Positions 29,854-40,198 of a stretch of DNA of 64,000 nt are shown in pieces; the stretch's first letter is position 1; every line of letters starts with the position of its first letter. The stretch spans positions 85,295 to 149,294 of the forward strand of contig MFYT01000039.1 in NCBI GenBank assembly GCA_001789205.1. The letters are read 5' to 3'. The position numbers and the translations under genes are program-made. The DNA comes from Candidatus Raymondbacteria bacterium RIFOXYA2_FULL_49_16. GTDB taxonomy: Bacteria > Fibrobacterota > OXYB2-FULL-49-7 > XYB2-FULL-49-35. The notes below the pieces were generated by a model. That model searched no databases. It was not told the origin of the DNA and was given only the letters and a program-made list of their open reading frames with translations.

Positions 29854-30645
29854 ATGCGCAGGTCTCTCATGAGTATTTCCCTGGCTGCAATACTGGCCTT
29901 GGCTGCGATTGTGTTTTCACAGGAAAATCCCAAACAGATTGTGCAAAAGTCGCAGGATGCCATGACTGTTGCAGGTTCAGAATCCATCAGTACCCTTACT
30001 ATCAATGATGGTAAAGGCAATCAGCGGGTGCGGAAGTTCTCGTCCGCGCAAAAGGCCGATGCTTCCAAGCAGGTGACAAAGATGGTCATGAGGTTTCTTG
30101 AACCAGCGGATGTAAAAGGCACGGGCATACTCACGTTCGACTATGACAACAAGGACGATGATATGTGGCTGTATATGCCCGCGCTCAGAAAGGTCCGCCG
30201 AATTGTGAGCGGGGAGAAGACAAAAAGCTTTATGGGTTCTGAATTTTCCAATGCTGATATTACCAAGCCGTCGATGTCGGATTTTACCTATGCAATGCTG
30301 GGCAGTGAAACACTTAATGATGTTGCGTGCTGGAAAATAGAGATGACACCCGCGTCTTCGGCCATAGGCGATGCATGCGGATATTCCAAAAAAATCGCCT
30401 GGATTGGGAAAGAGGATTATACTACACGAAAAACGGAGTTCTTTGACCTGGCCGGGTCGCTGACAAAGGTGATGATAACAGACAAAATCACGTGTCTCGA
30501 TGAAAAGCACAAGAAATACCAGCCAGTGGACATTACCATGCAGAACAAGCAGAATGGCCGTTCGTCCAGGTTTGTGATAGAAAAAGTGGTTTTTAATCCG
30601 AATGTTAAAGATGCATATTTTACCACAGATTATTTGGAGAAATAG
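29854..30645 (+). CDS. Outer-membrane lipoprotein-sorting (LolA-like) protein
   Basis: FLEPADVKGTGIL...DDMWLYMPALRKVRRI...SFMGSEF. Confidence 0.85.
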   Translation: MRRSLMSISLAAILALAAIVFSQENPKQIVQKSQDAMTVAGSESISTLTINDGKGNQRVRKFSSAQKADASKQVTKMVMRFLEPADVKGTGILTFDYDNKDDDMWLYMPALRKVRRIVSGEKTKSFMGSEFSNADITKPSMSDFTYAMLGSETLNDVACWKIEMTPASSAIGDACGYSKKIAWIGKEDYTTRKTEFFDLAGSLTKVMITDKITCLDEKHKKYQPVDITMQNKQNGRSSRFVIEKVVFNPNVKDAYFTTDYLEK

Positions 30646-30650
30646 ATTGT

Positions 30651-31121
30651 ATGAAGGGAAATAGCAGTCTGCGTCTTAATGCGTGCAGTGTAATCCTGAG
30701 ACTGGTTTTGTTCTGCTTTTCCTGCGTCTGCGCGCAGTCAGAGGGCGATAGTATTCTTGGGCAATGGTATACTGAAAAATGCCAGGCTGCGTTTCATTTT
30801 TACTGTTCTGGTCAGGAATACAAAGCAAAGATGGTTCCTCTTGAAAAACCTGATATGGTGGACACAAAAAATCCGGTTGATTCCCTTAAGACGCGAAAGT
30901 TGAATGGCACAACGACTATTTATGGCCTTGTATACAATTCCAAGAAAAAGCAATGGGAAAATGGGAAAGTGTATAATCCTGAAGACGGGAGAACGTATTC
31001 CTGTTATTGTTTTCTGAAAAAGGGCGGAACTCAGTTGTTTTTCAAGGGGTATCTTGGTGTAAGTGTTTTAGGTGGAAGCCAAATATGGACACGGGAGAAA
31101 TGCACAAAGGGCCGAAGGTAA
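30651..31121 (+). CDS. DUF2147-family exported protein
   Basis: ILGQW, DTKNP, WENGKVYNPEDGRTY, GYLGV...QIWTR. Confidence 0.85.
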   Translation: MKGNSSLRLNACSVILRLVLFCFSCVCAQSEGDSILGQWYTEKCQAAFHFYCSGQEYKAKMVPLEKPDMVDTKNPVDSLKTRKLNGTTTIYGLVYNSKKKQWENGKVYNPEDGRTYSCYCFLKKGGTQLFFKGYLGVSVLGGSQIWTREKCTKGRR

Positions 31122-31410
31122 TTACTTAGGTTTCTAACGCATGCGCTACCAGAGCCTAGTGGTAAGTGCAGGCTTTCTAAGATGGTATTTAAAACACCTG
31201 GACAAGCTCAAAAAAGCCCTTAATGTGTAAGATGCTGAGAATAAGAAAGATAGCTATCGTGGGCATTTTGCATTATCGGAATAGTGCGAGTCAGTGCGGA
31301 ATTATGCCGGATTTTTCCTGAAATTTGTCACTGTTTTTCAGCCTTTTTTATATCGCCAGAAGGTTTTTCCTGGTATCTTAAAGATGTAATAATCGAAGGA
31401 GATATAACCA

Positions 31411-33432
31411 ATGCTGAAAACAATGCTCATGATCGCGGCGATTTTTCTTCCGGTAATTGTAATGGGTATACCCCAACAGGGTCAGATTGTTGTTGATCCA
31501 GACCATCCTGGCCGCATGGTTTATAATGATGTGTACGAGAACAGCCGCCTTAAACCCTGTTTTTTCGCTGGTCCGGGCGATCCTGAGGATTTTTTCTACA
31601 ACAATACTCAGGCCAATATCGATCTGCTTGTGGCAAAAGGCGCACGCTGCACATATATTACAGCGTATCTGGGTGATTTTGGCGGCGGCGATCCTGGCAC
31701 TGGAACCACACTTGATGCAACCTTGAATACCTGGGAAACATACATAACAGCGCTCGAGAATGCGGAAATCATCACGGTTTTTTTCTTCTACGACGACAGC
31801 AAGGCGCGTCCTTCAACCTGGCAGACAGACGTGGACAAAATTGTAGCAAAATTCAAGCATCACAAGCTGCTTGTCTGGTCTATTGCCGAGGAATACAGCG
31901 AAGAGCTTACAATATCGCAAGTATCGGAAGTGGCCGCGAGAATCAAATCACAGGATGAATACGGCCATGTTGTTGGCGTGCACCAGCTAAATGGCACCAG
32001 CTTCAATTTCAACAACGATGCCAATCTTGAGATGTTCCTGATCCAATACAATGTTTCAACGCCAGACGCCATACATACGGGCATGGTCAATGCGTGGAAC
32101 AATACAGGCGGGAACAAAATCATCAACATGTCTGAGATAGCCAACCACGCAACGCAAACCAGGGCAATGGTACGTAAATGGAACTGGGCCGCGGCCATGG
32201 GCGGCGCCTCGGCCATTCAAATACTTGGCATGGGAAGGGCAAGCGATCCCTCTGCCAACAATGAACAAGGCAAATACGATGACTGCGTTGCGCTCATGGA
32301 TTTCTTTGAAGGTACTGATGTCAATGCCATGGCGCCGCGTGATGACCTCAAATCAGGCGCAACCAAGTGGCTGCTCGCATATCCGGGGCATTCGTATATT
32401 GCTTACACTGACAATCTGAATGGAAACATGGGCGTTGCAGACATGACCGCAGGGTCGTATTCACTGCAATGGCTCGACATCACGACCGGAACCGTTTCGC
32501 AGACACAGGCAACGCTAACAGCCAGCGCAAACACGGTTATTGCTCCGGTTGGTTTTTCCGGGCATGAAGTCGCAGTATGGATCACCAACGGGTCCACTGG
32601 AGCAACCCCAATACTCACATCAGTCGTGGTGAGCCCTCCTGCTGACACAATCCTTGTCAATGGGTCAGCGACATTCATTGGCCAGGCAAAGGACCAGTAT
32701 GGCGCAAATTTCAGTGAAACCCTGGTCTGGTCGGTAAATGGCGGCGGTTCTGTCAGCAATGGAACGTTTACCAGCAATGGAACAGCAGGAACATACCTGG
32801 TAATCGCCCGGGCAGCGTCTGACGCGGGTGTCCGTGATACAGCCATGGTCGTGGCGCGTCAAGAATACCCGGCGCCAGTCGCGGACAACGCGGACCTGAC
32901 CACGCAGGCAAACACCCTAGTGGGAATCTCGCTGCCGTTTCACAGTATTTCCCAGGGCCCATTTTCATTTATTATTATACAGCAGCCCGTCCATGGGACA
33001 GCGACGGCAACAGGTAATGACGCAGAGTATACTCCTGAAAACGGTTTTATGGGTCTGGATACGTTTACGTGGAAGGTGACTGATCTTTCCAATGGCAAGG
33101 AATCAGACACAGCCGTGGTCACCATTACCGTGGAAGGTATGGGAAATGTTTCCCACTATAATGATTTCCCGGAAAATTCTTTACGGATAAGCGCCTGTCC
33201 CAATCCGTTCAATCCTTCAGTGATCATTTCAGTCCCGGGTTTAATATCGCTTCAGCAGCCTTCCCGCGTATGCATATTTGACACTGGGAGCCGTCTGGTC
33301 GCTGATTTGAGCGCGCAGGTTGTGGACGATACGGTATCGTGGAACGCGTCGAATGTACCCTCGGGAATTTATTTTATAAAAGTTACTTATGGCGGGACTG
33401 TGTTCGCAAAGAAGATATCGTTAATCCGGTAA
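31411..33432 (+). CDS. Secreted glycoside-hydrolase-like multidomain protein (Ig-like domains) with C-terminal sorting-like tail
   Basis: Signal peptide; WSIAEE; Ig-like segments; tail CPNPFNP...PSGIY...KKISLIR. Confidence 0.65.
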   Translation: MLKTMLMIAAIFLPVIVMGIPQQGQIVVDPDHPGRMVYNDVYENSRLKPCFFAGPGDPEDFFYNNTQANIDLLVAKGARCTYITAYLGDFGGGDPGTGTTLDATLNTWETYITALENAEIITVFFFYDDSKARPSTWQTDVDKIVAKFKHHKLLVWSIAEEYSEELTISQVSEVAARIKSQDEYGHVVGVHQLNGTSFNFNNDANLEMFLIQYNVSTPDAIHTGMVNAWNNTGGNKIINMSEIANHATQTRAMVRKWNWAAAMGGASAIQILGMGRASDPSANNEQGKYDDCVALMDFFEGTDVNAMAPRDDLKSGATKWLLAYPGHSYIAYTDNLNGNMGVADMTAGSYSLQWLDITTGTVSQTQATLTASANTVIAPVGFSGHEVAVWITNGSTGATPILTSVVVSPPADTILVNGSATFIGQAKDQYGANFSETLVWSVNGGGSVSNGTFTSNGTAGTYLVIARAASDAGVRDTAMVVARQEYPAPVADNADLTTQANTLVGISLPFHSISQGPFSFIIIQQPVHGTATATGNDAEYTPENGFMGLDTFTWKVTDLSNGKESDTAVVTITVEGMGNVSHYNDFPENSLRISACPNPFNPSVIISVPGLISLQQPSRVCIFDTGSRLVADLSAQVVDDTVSWNASNVPSGIYFIKVTYGGTVFAKKISLIR

Positions 33433-33447
33433 CGCAAGGAGTTGCAC

Positions 33448-34812
33448 ATGAAAACCATCCTCATTATTCTGGTTCTGGTCCTGTCTCAGGCCGCCTTGTG
33501 CGCGGGCGTTTTCCCTGGAAGCGCGTGGCAATCCAGGCGTCCGATCGACGCGGGCCTCGACTCTCTGAAGCTAGTCCAAATCCAAAACTATTTGGGCGGC
33601 AGGGGCTGCATTGTCCGCAACGGGTACATGGTCTATACCTGGGGAAACCAGTCGCAGCGGACCGATGTCGCCTCGGCCTGTAAACCGTGGTTCAGCACTT
33701 TCCTGTTCAAGGCCGTGGAGGACGGAAAACTTTCCAGCGTTGATGAAAAGGTCGTTAACTACTGGTCCTGCCTCAATGATCTGAACGCGTCCCTGGGGTA
33801 CAAGGACCGGAACATAACCTTCCGGCACATGGCCAACCAGATTTCATGCTACGGCGTACATGAGGCGCCCGGCACGGCCTTTGATTATAACGACTGGCAG
33901 ATGGCCTTGTTCTGGGACATACTCTTTACGCATGTTTATGGCGCTACGTATAGTACCGTTGACGCCACCGTATTACACCCCCTTCTCACTGATATCATGC
34001 AGTGTCAGGACAACCCCACGATGATGGCGTTCGGCACTGGTGATCGTCCGGGCAGGGTGGGCGTTTCAGTGCGCGACTTTGCCAGGTTCGGACTTCTTTA
34101 TCTCAACAAGGGCAACTGGAACGGAACGCAGATCATGAGCGAGGCCAATGCCGTAAAGGCCGTGACCGAACCGCTTCCGAATTCCATTCCGCGGACCACC
34201 GGACAGGCCGCATCCATGTGTTCGGACCGGCGGACCATCGGTTCCGGGACCATTCCTGACAATCAGACAGACCACAATGGTAGTTATTCCTGGCTCTGGT
34301 GGCTCAATGGGACCGATAGAAACGGCTATAAGGTGTGGCCTGACGCGCCTGATGATGTCGCTGCCTGCCTGGGCCATGCCAACGGTAAGCGCGGCATGTG
34401 CTTTATTCCCAGCATGGGCATAGTGATGTCGTGGAACGACACCAAACTTGACCAGTATCCGGCCGGCCCGCCCCATCCGCTGAACACGGCCCTGGAATAC
34501 CTGGTGCAGGCTGATGCCAACTCAACCGCGCCTGGCACGCCGCAGGGTTTTGGCGCAATATCTTCAGAAACACCCGCCATCCATATCTTTCCCAATCCAT
34601 TCAATCCTGAGGTCACAATTGTTACAAGGATCCAAAGTAATCTTCCCGCGCGTGTTGAAATGTGCGATATCGCGGGCCGATACATTGCGACGCTGCGGCT
34701 GGAAAATAATACGGCTGTCTGGAATGCGGGAGACAACCCATCCGGCACGTATATCGCCCGCATGGTACAGGGCGGAAACAGCGTTTCGAGAATGGTCACC
34801 CTCAGAAAATAG
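33448..34812 (+). CDS. Secreted serine hydrolase (beta-lactamase-related) with C-terminal sorting-like tail
   Basis: SxxK (SACK), FDYND, RDFARFGLLYLNKGNWNGTQI; FPNPFNP tail. Confidence 0.82.
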   Translation: MKTILIILVLVLSQAALCAGVFPGSAWQSRRPIDAGLDSLKLVQIQNYLGGRGCIVRNGYMVYTWGNQSQRTDVASACKPWFSTFLFKAVEDGKLSSVDEKVVNYWSCLNDLNASLGYKDRNITFRHMANQISCYGVHEAPGTAFDYNDWQMALFWDILFTHVYGATYSTVDATVLHPLLTDIMQCQDNPTMMAFGTGDRPGRVGVSVRDFARFGLLYLNKGNWNGTQIMSEANAVKAVTEPLPNSIPRTTGQAASMCSDRRTIGSGTIPDNQTDHNGSYSWLWWLNGTDRNGYKVWPDAPDDVAACLGHANGKRGMCFIPSMGIVMSWNDTKLDQYPAGPPHPLNTALEYLVQADANSTAPGTPQGFGAISSETPAIHIFPNPFNPEVTIVTRIQSNLPARVEMCDIAGRYIATLRLENNTAVWNAGDNPSGTYIARMVQGGNSVSRMVTLRK

Positions 34813-34829
34813 GCCACTGAAAAAAAGTA

Positions 34830-34865
34830 TTGACTTTCCTTTGTAATGTTGCTATATTAGCAACA
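34830..34865 (+). promoter_or_regulatory. Sigma70 promoter with overlapping palindromic operator for the iclR-like gene
   Basis: TTGACT-N17-TATATT; inverted repeat TGTTGCTA-TAT-TAGCAACA at 34847-34865. Confidence 0.7.
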
Positions 34866-34866
34866 A

Positions 34867-35595
34867 ATGCTTCCGGCACAACCCAACCAGAGCCTCATCG
34901 ACGGCCTTACTGTTATCCAGGCACTTGCCATGCGCGACGCGCCGGTCGGGTGCCGCGAACTGGCCAGGGAGACAGGCATCGAGCTTACCAAAGTCAACAG
35001 GCTGCTTAAAACCCTGGCGCATATTGGCCTGGCCCGCCAGAATCCGGGACGCAAATATATCACTGGCCCGGGAATTCATGTGCTTGCCTCCCAGGCGCTC
35101 CATGGTTCAGGGCTTTTAAAGACCGCTTTTGATCCTCTGGAAAAGCTATCACAGCTCAACCTTATCGTGGCGCTGGGTGTGCTCTGGCGCGACCAGGTGA
35201 GTTATCTCTATTTCCGCACACCCGGCACCAGCGCTGCACAGGCCATTGGCAGCCTGGGGCTGTTTCCTGCGTCGCAGTCAAGCATAGGCATGGTCACGCT
35301 TGCGGGTATGGAAATGGAAGAGGTGAAGTCATTATATGCGGGCAAAGTCATCCCAGGGTACGAGAATTCGCAGGCACTTTTTTTCAAGGAAGTGCAAAAG
35401 ACCCGGGAACAGGGTTATGGTTTGGTGTACCGCGATGATACAAAAGAGACCAGCATGGCAGTGGCAGTGGGAATGCCTCTGGTGGGTGCCATTGCACTTT
35501 CCGGCAGAATGAAAAACAACGAACAGAATACGTATCTGAAAATACTGAAAAACATTGCAAAGGAAATAACAGAAAGGCTGGAAAAAAACTTATGA
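34867..35595 (+). CDS. IclR-family regulator
   Basis: NQSLIDGLTVIQAL...ELARETGIELTKVNRLLKTL HTH; SSIG and TREQGYG effector-domain motifs. Confidence 0.88.
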   Translation: MLPAQPNQSLIDGLTVIQALAMRDAPVGCRELARETGIELTKVNRLLKTLAHIGLARQNPGRKYITGPGIHVLASQALHGSGLLKTAFDPLEKLSQLNLIVALGVLWRDQVSYLYFRTPGTSAAQAIGSLGLFPASQSSIGMVTLAGMEMEEVKSLYAGKVIPGYENSQALFFKEVQKTREQGYGLVYRDDTKETSMAVAVGMPLVGAIALSGRMKNNEQNTYLKILKNIAKEITERLEKNL

Positions 35596-36980
35596 TGACT
35601 CTTGAACAAGTAAAAGGATTTCCGGTTTTCTATGAAACGGATGTTCTTGTGGTTGGAGGCGGGCCAGCAGGCACGGCCGCTGGGCTTGCCGCGTCTCGCA
35701 ATGGTGCGCAGACGTTGATTGTGGAACAGTTCAACTGTCTTGGCGGCGTAGCCACCGCAGGCGGCCACGGTCATATCTCCCGGTTCGATGAAAACGATAC
35801 AGGACGTAGAATCGCGGGCGGTATCGCCCATGAGATCGGGCAGCGAATCGCGCAAAACGGTTTCGGAAATTATGATTCTTACGGGACTTGGTTTGAAGTT
35901 GAAGGACTCAAGCTGATCCTTGAACGGATGGCGGAAGAGTCAAATGTTAATCTGCTGTATCACACTTTTTTCTGTGATGCTGTTGTTGAACATGGTATTG
36001 TCACCGGCGCCGTTGTCCAGAACAAGAACGGCCGCCGGGTGATTCGTGCAAAACGGATCATTGACTGCACCGGGGATGGCGATGCCGCTTTTCATGCGGG
36101 ATGCCCGAATGAAACGGGCAGGCCTTCAGACGGCAAATGCCAACCCGTGACCTTGATGTTTACCATGGGCGGTGTTGATTGGAAGCGGGTGGAAAAATAT
36201 CGGGAGGAATACCGCAAAAAATATCCTGATGATAAAAATCCGTGGAAACTTGAACGCGTATATGCTGAGGCAGCAGCCAAGGGGGACATGCGGCCGTTCC
36301 AGACGGGAAACATGGGATGGTGGTGGACTCCAACGCGTCCAGACCAGGTGGGAGTTAATTTTACGCATATTATCCATATTGATTCCACCAGGGCGGAGGA
36401 TCTTACACGGGCCACTATTGAAGGACGAAAGCAGGCCTTTGAAACCATTGAGGTATATAAAAAATACATACCTGGCATGGCGCACTGTCACATGGTTTCA
36501 ACACCCTGTACTATTGGCGTCCGGGAATCGCGGCGAATTATGGGGGACTATGTCCTTACGGAAGACGACATAAAAAACCAGCGGGAATTTGAAGATGGGA
36601 TCTGCTATAGTTCTTTTTTTGTGGATATTCACCGCATCGATGGTCCGGGTATGGATCCGACTACATGGAATCCGCCCAAAGGATTCAAGTACCAGATTCC
36701 CTATCGTTCGCTTATTCCCCGGGAGGCGGAGAATATCCTGACTGCCGGCAGGTGTGTAAGTTGTACTCATATTGCGCTAGGTTCCATACGGGTCATGGTG
36801 CCGTGCATGGGCATGGGCGAGGCTGCGGGAACTGCGGCGGCGCTTTCATTGAAATATAACGCCAGTCCAAGGGTCCTTGATATATCGGAACTAAAAAAAC
36901 AACTTTGCACGCAGGGCTGTATACTCAGCGAAGAAGATATTGTTAAAGCGGAACAGGACCGCAAAAGGAGAAAGCTTTGA
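35592..36980 (+). CDS. FAD-dependent oxidoreductase
   Basis: DVLVVGGGPAG, IDCTGDGD, GVRESRRI, YQIPYRSL, GEAAGTAAA. Confidence 0.9.
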   Translation: MMTLEQVKGFPVFYETDVLVVGGGPAGTAAGLAASRNGAQTLIVEQFNCLGGVATAGGHGHISRFDENDTGRRIAGGIAHEIGQRIAQNGFGNYDSYGTWFEVEGLKLILERMAEESNVNLLYHTFFCDAVVEHGIVTGAVVQNKNGRRVIRAKRIIDCTGDGDAAFHAGCPNETGRPSDGKCQPVTLMFTMGGVDWKRVEKYREEYRKKYPDDKNPWKLERVYAEAAAKGDMRPFQTGNMGWWWTPTRPDQVGVNFTHIIHIDSTRAEDLTRATIEGRKQAFETIEVYKKYIPGMAHCHMVSTPCTIGVRESRRIMGDYVLTEDDIKNQREFEDGICYSSFFVDIHRIDGPGMDPTTWNPPKGFKYQIPYRSLIPREAENILTAGRCVSCTHIALGSIRVMVPCMGMGEAAGTAAALSLKYNASPRVLDISELKKQLCTQGCILSEEDIVKAEQDRKRRKL

Positions 36981-38719
36981 TGAATATACAGAAACATACG
37001 GCCGATGTCTGCGTTATCGGCGGCGGCATGGCCGGCTTGTGCGCGGCAATTGCCGCTGCGCGGAACGGTGCTGTTACAGTGCTTATGCACGACAGGCCGG
37101 TCCTTGGCGGTAATGCTTCAAGCGAAATGCGCATTCATATCTGCGGTGCGGACAGGCAAGGCGATATTATTAACATGCGCGAAACCGGAATATTAGAAGA
37201 GATACGCCTTGAAAACCTGTACCGCAATCCCAACAGGAACTTTTCAATCTGGGACACGGTGCTTTATGAAAAGGCCATGCTCCAGCCCAATCTCACGACC
37301 CTGTTCAATTGCAGTTGTGTCAATGCAGGCATGGAGGGGATCACGATAAAATCCGTTACCGGCTGGCAGCTCAATACCTATACCCATCATGAAATTTCAG
37401 CAAAGATATTTATCGATTGCTCAGGCGACAGTGTTCTTGCGTCATTATCCGGGGCCATGTACCGGCAGGGGAGAGAAGGTAATAATGAATTCAACGAGTC
37501 AGTCGCGCCAGAGAAGGCCGATGAAAAGACCATGGGCATGACCTGCCTTTTTCACAGCAGAAAATATGATACGGCCCAGGTGTTTAAGCCTTATGCGTGG
37601 GCCTATACCTTTGAAAAGGACGATGAGTTGCCCTATGGCGCCAAAGGGCATGGCTGGTTTGAGATGGGTTATTGGTGGGTGGAATTGGGCGGTGAGGCTG
37701 ATACTATCCGGGATACGGAAAAACTTCGGCATGAGCTACTGCGCATTGTTTTTGGACTATGGGATCATATTAAAAATCGCGGGGATCACGGAGCTGACAA
37801 TTGGGCCCTTGACTGGGTCCAGTTTCTGCCTGCAAAGCGCGAGAACAGGCGATACATTGGCGATCATATACTCAATCAGAACGATGTTGAGGCTGAGGGC
37901 CGTTTTGACGACCTGGTTGCCTATGGCGGCTGGCCAATGGACGACCACCATCCGGCCGGGTTTTGCGCTGTGAAACTGAGCAACCCTGCCACAATTTTCC
38001 ATTCCGCGCCCAGTCCATTCGGGATTCCCTACAGGTGTCTGTATTCTAAAAATATTTCCAATCTCATGTTTGCGGGCAGGAACGTGAGTTGTACGCATTT
38101 GGCCATGAGCGCAACCCGCGTCATGGGCACAGGCTGTTCCATGGGCCAGGCAGCGGGCACGGCCGCGGCACTTGCGGCAAAGTCCTCACAGACACCGCGC
38201 GACATTCTGGGCCGGATCAGGGAATTGCAGCAGGTTCTTATTCGGGACGATTGTTATTTACCATGGGTAAAACAGGAATTCTCGCAACTCACTAAAGATG
38301 CGGTCATCGAGTCCTCATCGGGCAGTGGTGAGAGTGTTCGTGACGGGATAAACCGGCCAGTGGGTCAGGAGCAGCATGGCTGGTCCTGCAGGCCGGGCGA
38401 GTCACTGACACTTACTTTTTCCCAAGAGCATAGCGTGGAGCAGGCGACCATGCTTCTGGACAGTGCGCTCCACAGGCTCAATGCGCTCAGCTATCATCAG
38501 GGCGATGAGCAGCTTACCAGCGTTCCTCCGGAAATGACCAAGTCATACACCCTTGAAGGGCTTTTTAATGGAACATGGACTGTGATAACCCGAGTGGAGA
38601 ATAATTACCAGCGACTAGTGCGTGTTCCCATACAAAAAAATATTCAGGGTGTTCGATTCACGCTTCATGAAACATGGGGAAGCGATCAGAGCACTGTTTA
38701 TTCGTTCAATGTTGAATAA
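36977..38719 (+). CDS. FAD-dependent oxidoreductase
   Basis: VIGGGMAG, RPVLGGNASSE, IDCSGD, KRENRR, IPYRCLYSKNI. Confidence 0.9.
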   Translation: MMNIQKHTADVCVIGGGMAGLCAAIAAARNGAVTVLMHDRPVLGGNASSEMRIHICGADRQGDIINMRETGILEEIRLENLYRNPNRNFSIWDTVLYEKAMLQPNLTTLFNCSCVNAGMEGITIKSVTGWQLNTYTHHEISAKIFIDCSGDSVLASLSGAMYRQGREGNNEFNESVAPEKADEKTMGMTCLFHSRKYDTAQVFKPYAWAYTFEKDDELPYGAKGHGWFEMGYWWVELGGEADTIRDTEKLRHELLRIVFGLWDHIKNRGDHGADNWALDWVQFLPAKRENRRYIGDHILNQNDVEAEGRFDDLVAYGGWPMDDHHPAGFCAVKLSNPATIFHSAPSPFGIPYRCLYSKNISNLMFAGRNVSCTHLAMSATRVMGTGCSMGQAAGTAAALAAKSSQTPRDILGRIRELQQVLIRDDCYLPWVKQEFSQLTKDAVIESSSGSGESVRDGINRPVGQEQHGWSCRPGESLTLTFSQEHSVEQATMLLDSALHRLNALSYHQGDEQLTSVPPEMTKSYTLEGLFNGTWTVITRVENNYQRLVRVPIQKNIQGVRFTLHETWGSDQSTVYSFNVE

Positions 38720-38755
38720 AGACAGGTTGTGCGCGATTCTTAGCGGTTGGTAATA

Positions 38756-40105
38756 CTACAGGTTTGCGCCGTTTTGTTCAATAACCGTCCGGTACCAGTG
38801 CGCTGAATCCTTGAGGATCCGTTTCTGGGTACAATAATCGACAAAAATAAGGCCAAACCGTTCCTTGTATCCTTTTGCCCACTCAAAATTATCCATCACA
38901 GACCATTGGAAATACCCAAGAATTTCAGCACCATCCTTTTGGGCGCGTTTAAGCTCCTTCAAATAGCGGGTAAGGAAGTCAATGCGCTGCGGATCGTGCA
39001 CCTTGCCATCCAGAGAAACAATGTCCCGGTTTGACATGCCATTTTCAGTGATATAGATGGGCAATTTGTAGGTGTCGTAAATAAACTTGGGGCCATAATA
39101 CAGTGCTGAGGGAAGAACGAGCCAGTCTATGCCGGTGAGAGGATGGCCTGCGGGAACACGCGTCTCTTCCAGCTCGCCTTTGCTATTTAGAGTGGTCGGT
39201 TCAGCGCTGTAAATATTCAGCCCGAGAAAATCTATGGGCTGTGCAATGGTTTTCATTTCATCGGCAGAAGGCCGCAACGCCTCCAGCTTCATGGTACTCC
39301 AGAGCTGCTCAGGATAGGCGCCTTTAACTATGGGAGCTGCCCAGTAATGGTGGCTGAAGATGTTGGTAAGCGTATCAACGCCAAAATTGCCATTCATGGC
39401 CTTGAGTGTTGCAGGGTCTTCGTTGTACGGGACCCTGAATTCCATGGCAAGCGCGCTGCCAATGCTGCTCTTTTGCGCGTGCGCACGGAGCGCCTGCACT
39501 GCCTTGCCGTGCGAGAGATTCACATTGTGTATTATGGTAAACAATTGGGGGAATTCAAGTTTGTCGCCGGGCGCATGCTCTCCGATCTGATGGCCGATGC
39601 AGGTAAAGACCGCTGGTTCGTTAAAGGTCATCCAGTTTGAGACATGGTCTCCCAGCTGTTTGGCAACTGTGGTTGCGTATTCAGCAAACCAGTCTGACGA
39701 CTCTTTTCTGAGCCATCCGCCTTTGGCATAAAGATCGAGCGGATAGTCCCAGTGGAAAAGCGTAACATAGGGCGTGATACCCGCTGCACGGAGTTCATCA
39801 ATAAGGCGTTTGTAGAAATCAATTCCCTTGGTATTGACTTTGCCAATGCCTTCGGATAAAATACGGGGCCAGGAAAGGGAAAGGCGATATGCCTGTATGC
39901 CGATCTCCTTCATAAGCGCAATATCTTCTTTATAGCGGTGGTAATGGTCGCAGGCAATGTCACCGGTATGGCCCTTGTAGATTTTCCCTGGTTTTTTGCA
40001 GAACGCGTCCCAGACCGAGAGGCCTTTGCCATCCTCGTTTGCGGCGCCTTCTATCTGGTACGAGGCTGCTGCAACGCCCCAGATGAAATTTTTAGAGAAT
40101 GACAT
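38756..40105 (-). CDS. GH1 beta-glucosidase
   Basis: FIWGVAAASYQIEGA, TFNEP, YITENG, WSVMDNFEW. Confidence 0.95.
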   Translation of the reverse strand: MSFSKNFIWGVAAASYQIEGAANEDGKGLSVWDAFCKKPGKIYKGHTGDIACDHYHRYKEDIALMKEIGIQAYRLSLSWPRILSEGIGKVNTKGIDFYKRLIDELRAAGITPYVTLFHWDYPLDLYAKGGWLRKESSDWFAEYATTVAKQLGDHVSNWMTFNEPAVFTCIGHQIGEHAPGDKLEFPQLFTIIHNVNLSHGKAVQALRAHAQKSSIGSALAMEFRVPYNEDPATLKAMNGNFGVDTLTNIFSHHYWAAPIVKGAYPEQLWSTMKLEALRPSADEMKTIAQPIDFLGLNIYSAEPTTLNSKGELEETRVPAGHPLTGIDWLVLPSALYYGPKFIYDTYKLPIYITENGMSNRDIVSLDGKVHDPQRIDFLTRYLKELKRAQKDGAEILGYFQWSVMDNFEWAKGYKERFGLIFVDYCTQKRILKDSAHWYRTVIEQNGANL

Positions 40106-40198
40106 GAGAGAGAAAATAATCGATGATAAAGATACTGTGCCAGCTCTTCCCGTAATTGCCTAATTGAATCACGGAAAACACTGCAACTTTGAGCAGGA

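Noticed and set aside
31125..31190. Integron attC-like hairpin after the DUF2147 gene
   Set aside because: It has TCTAAC and an imperfect stem but no matching GTTRRRY end, no other cassettes and no integrase.
33448..34812. Antibiotic-resistance beta-lactamase
   Set aside because: The SxxK serine-hydrolase fold is shared with many esterases and amidases. The secreted-enzyme context gives no support for resistance.
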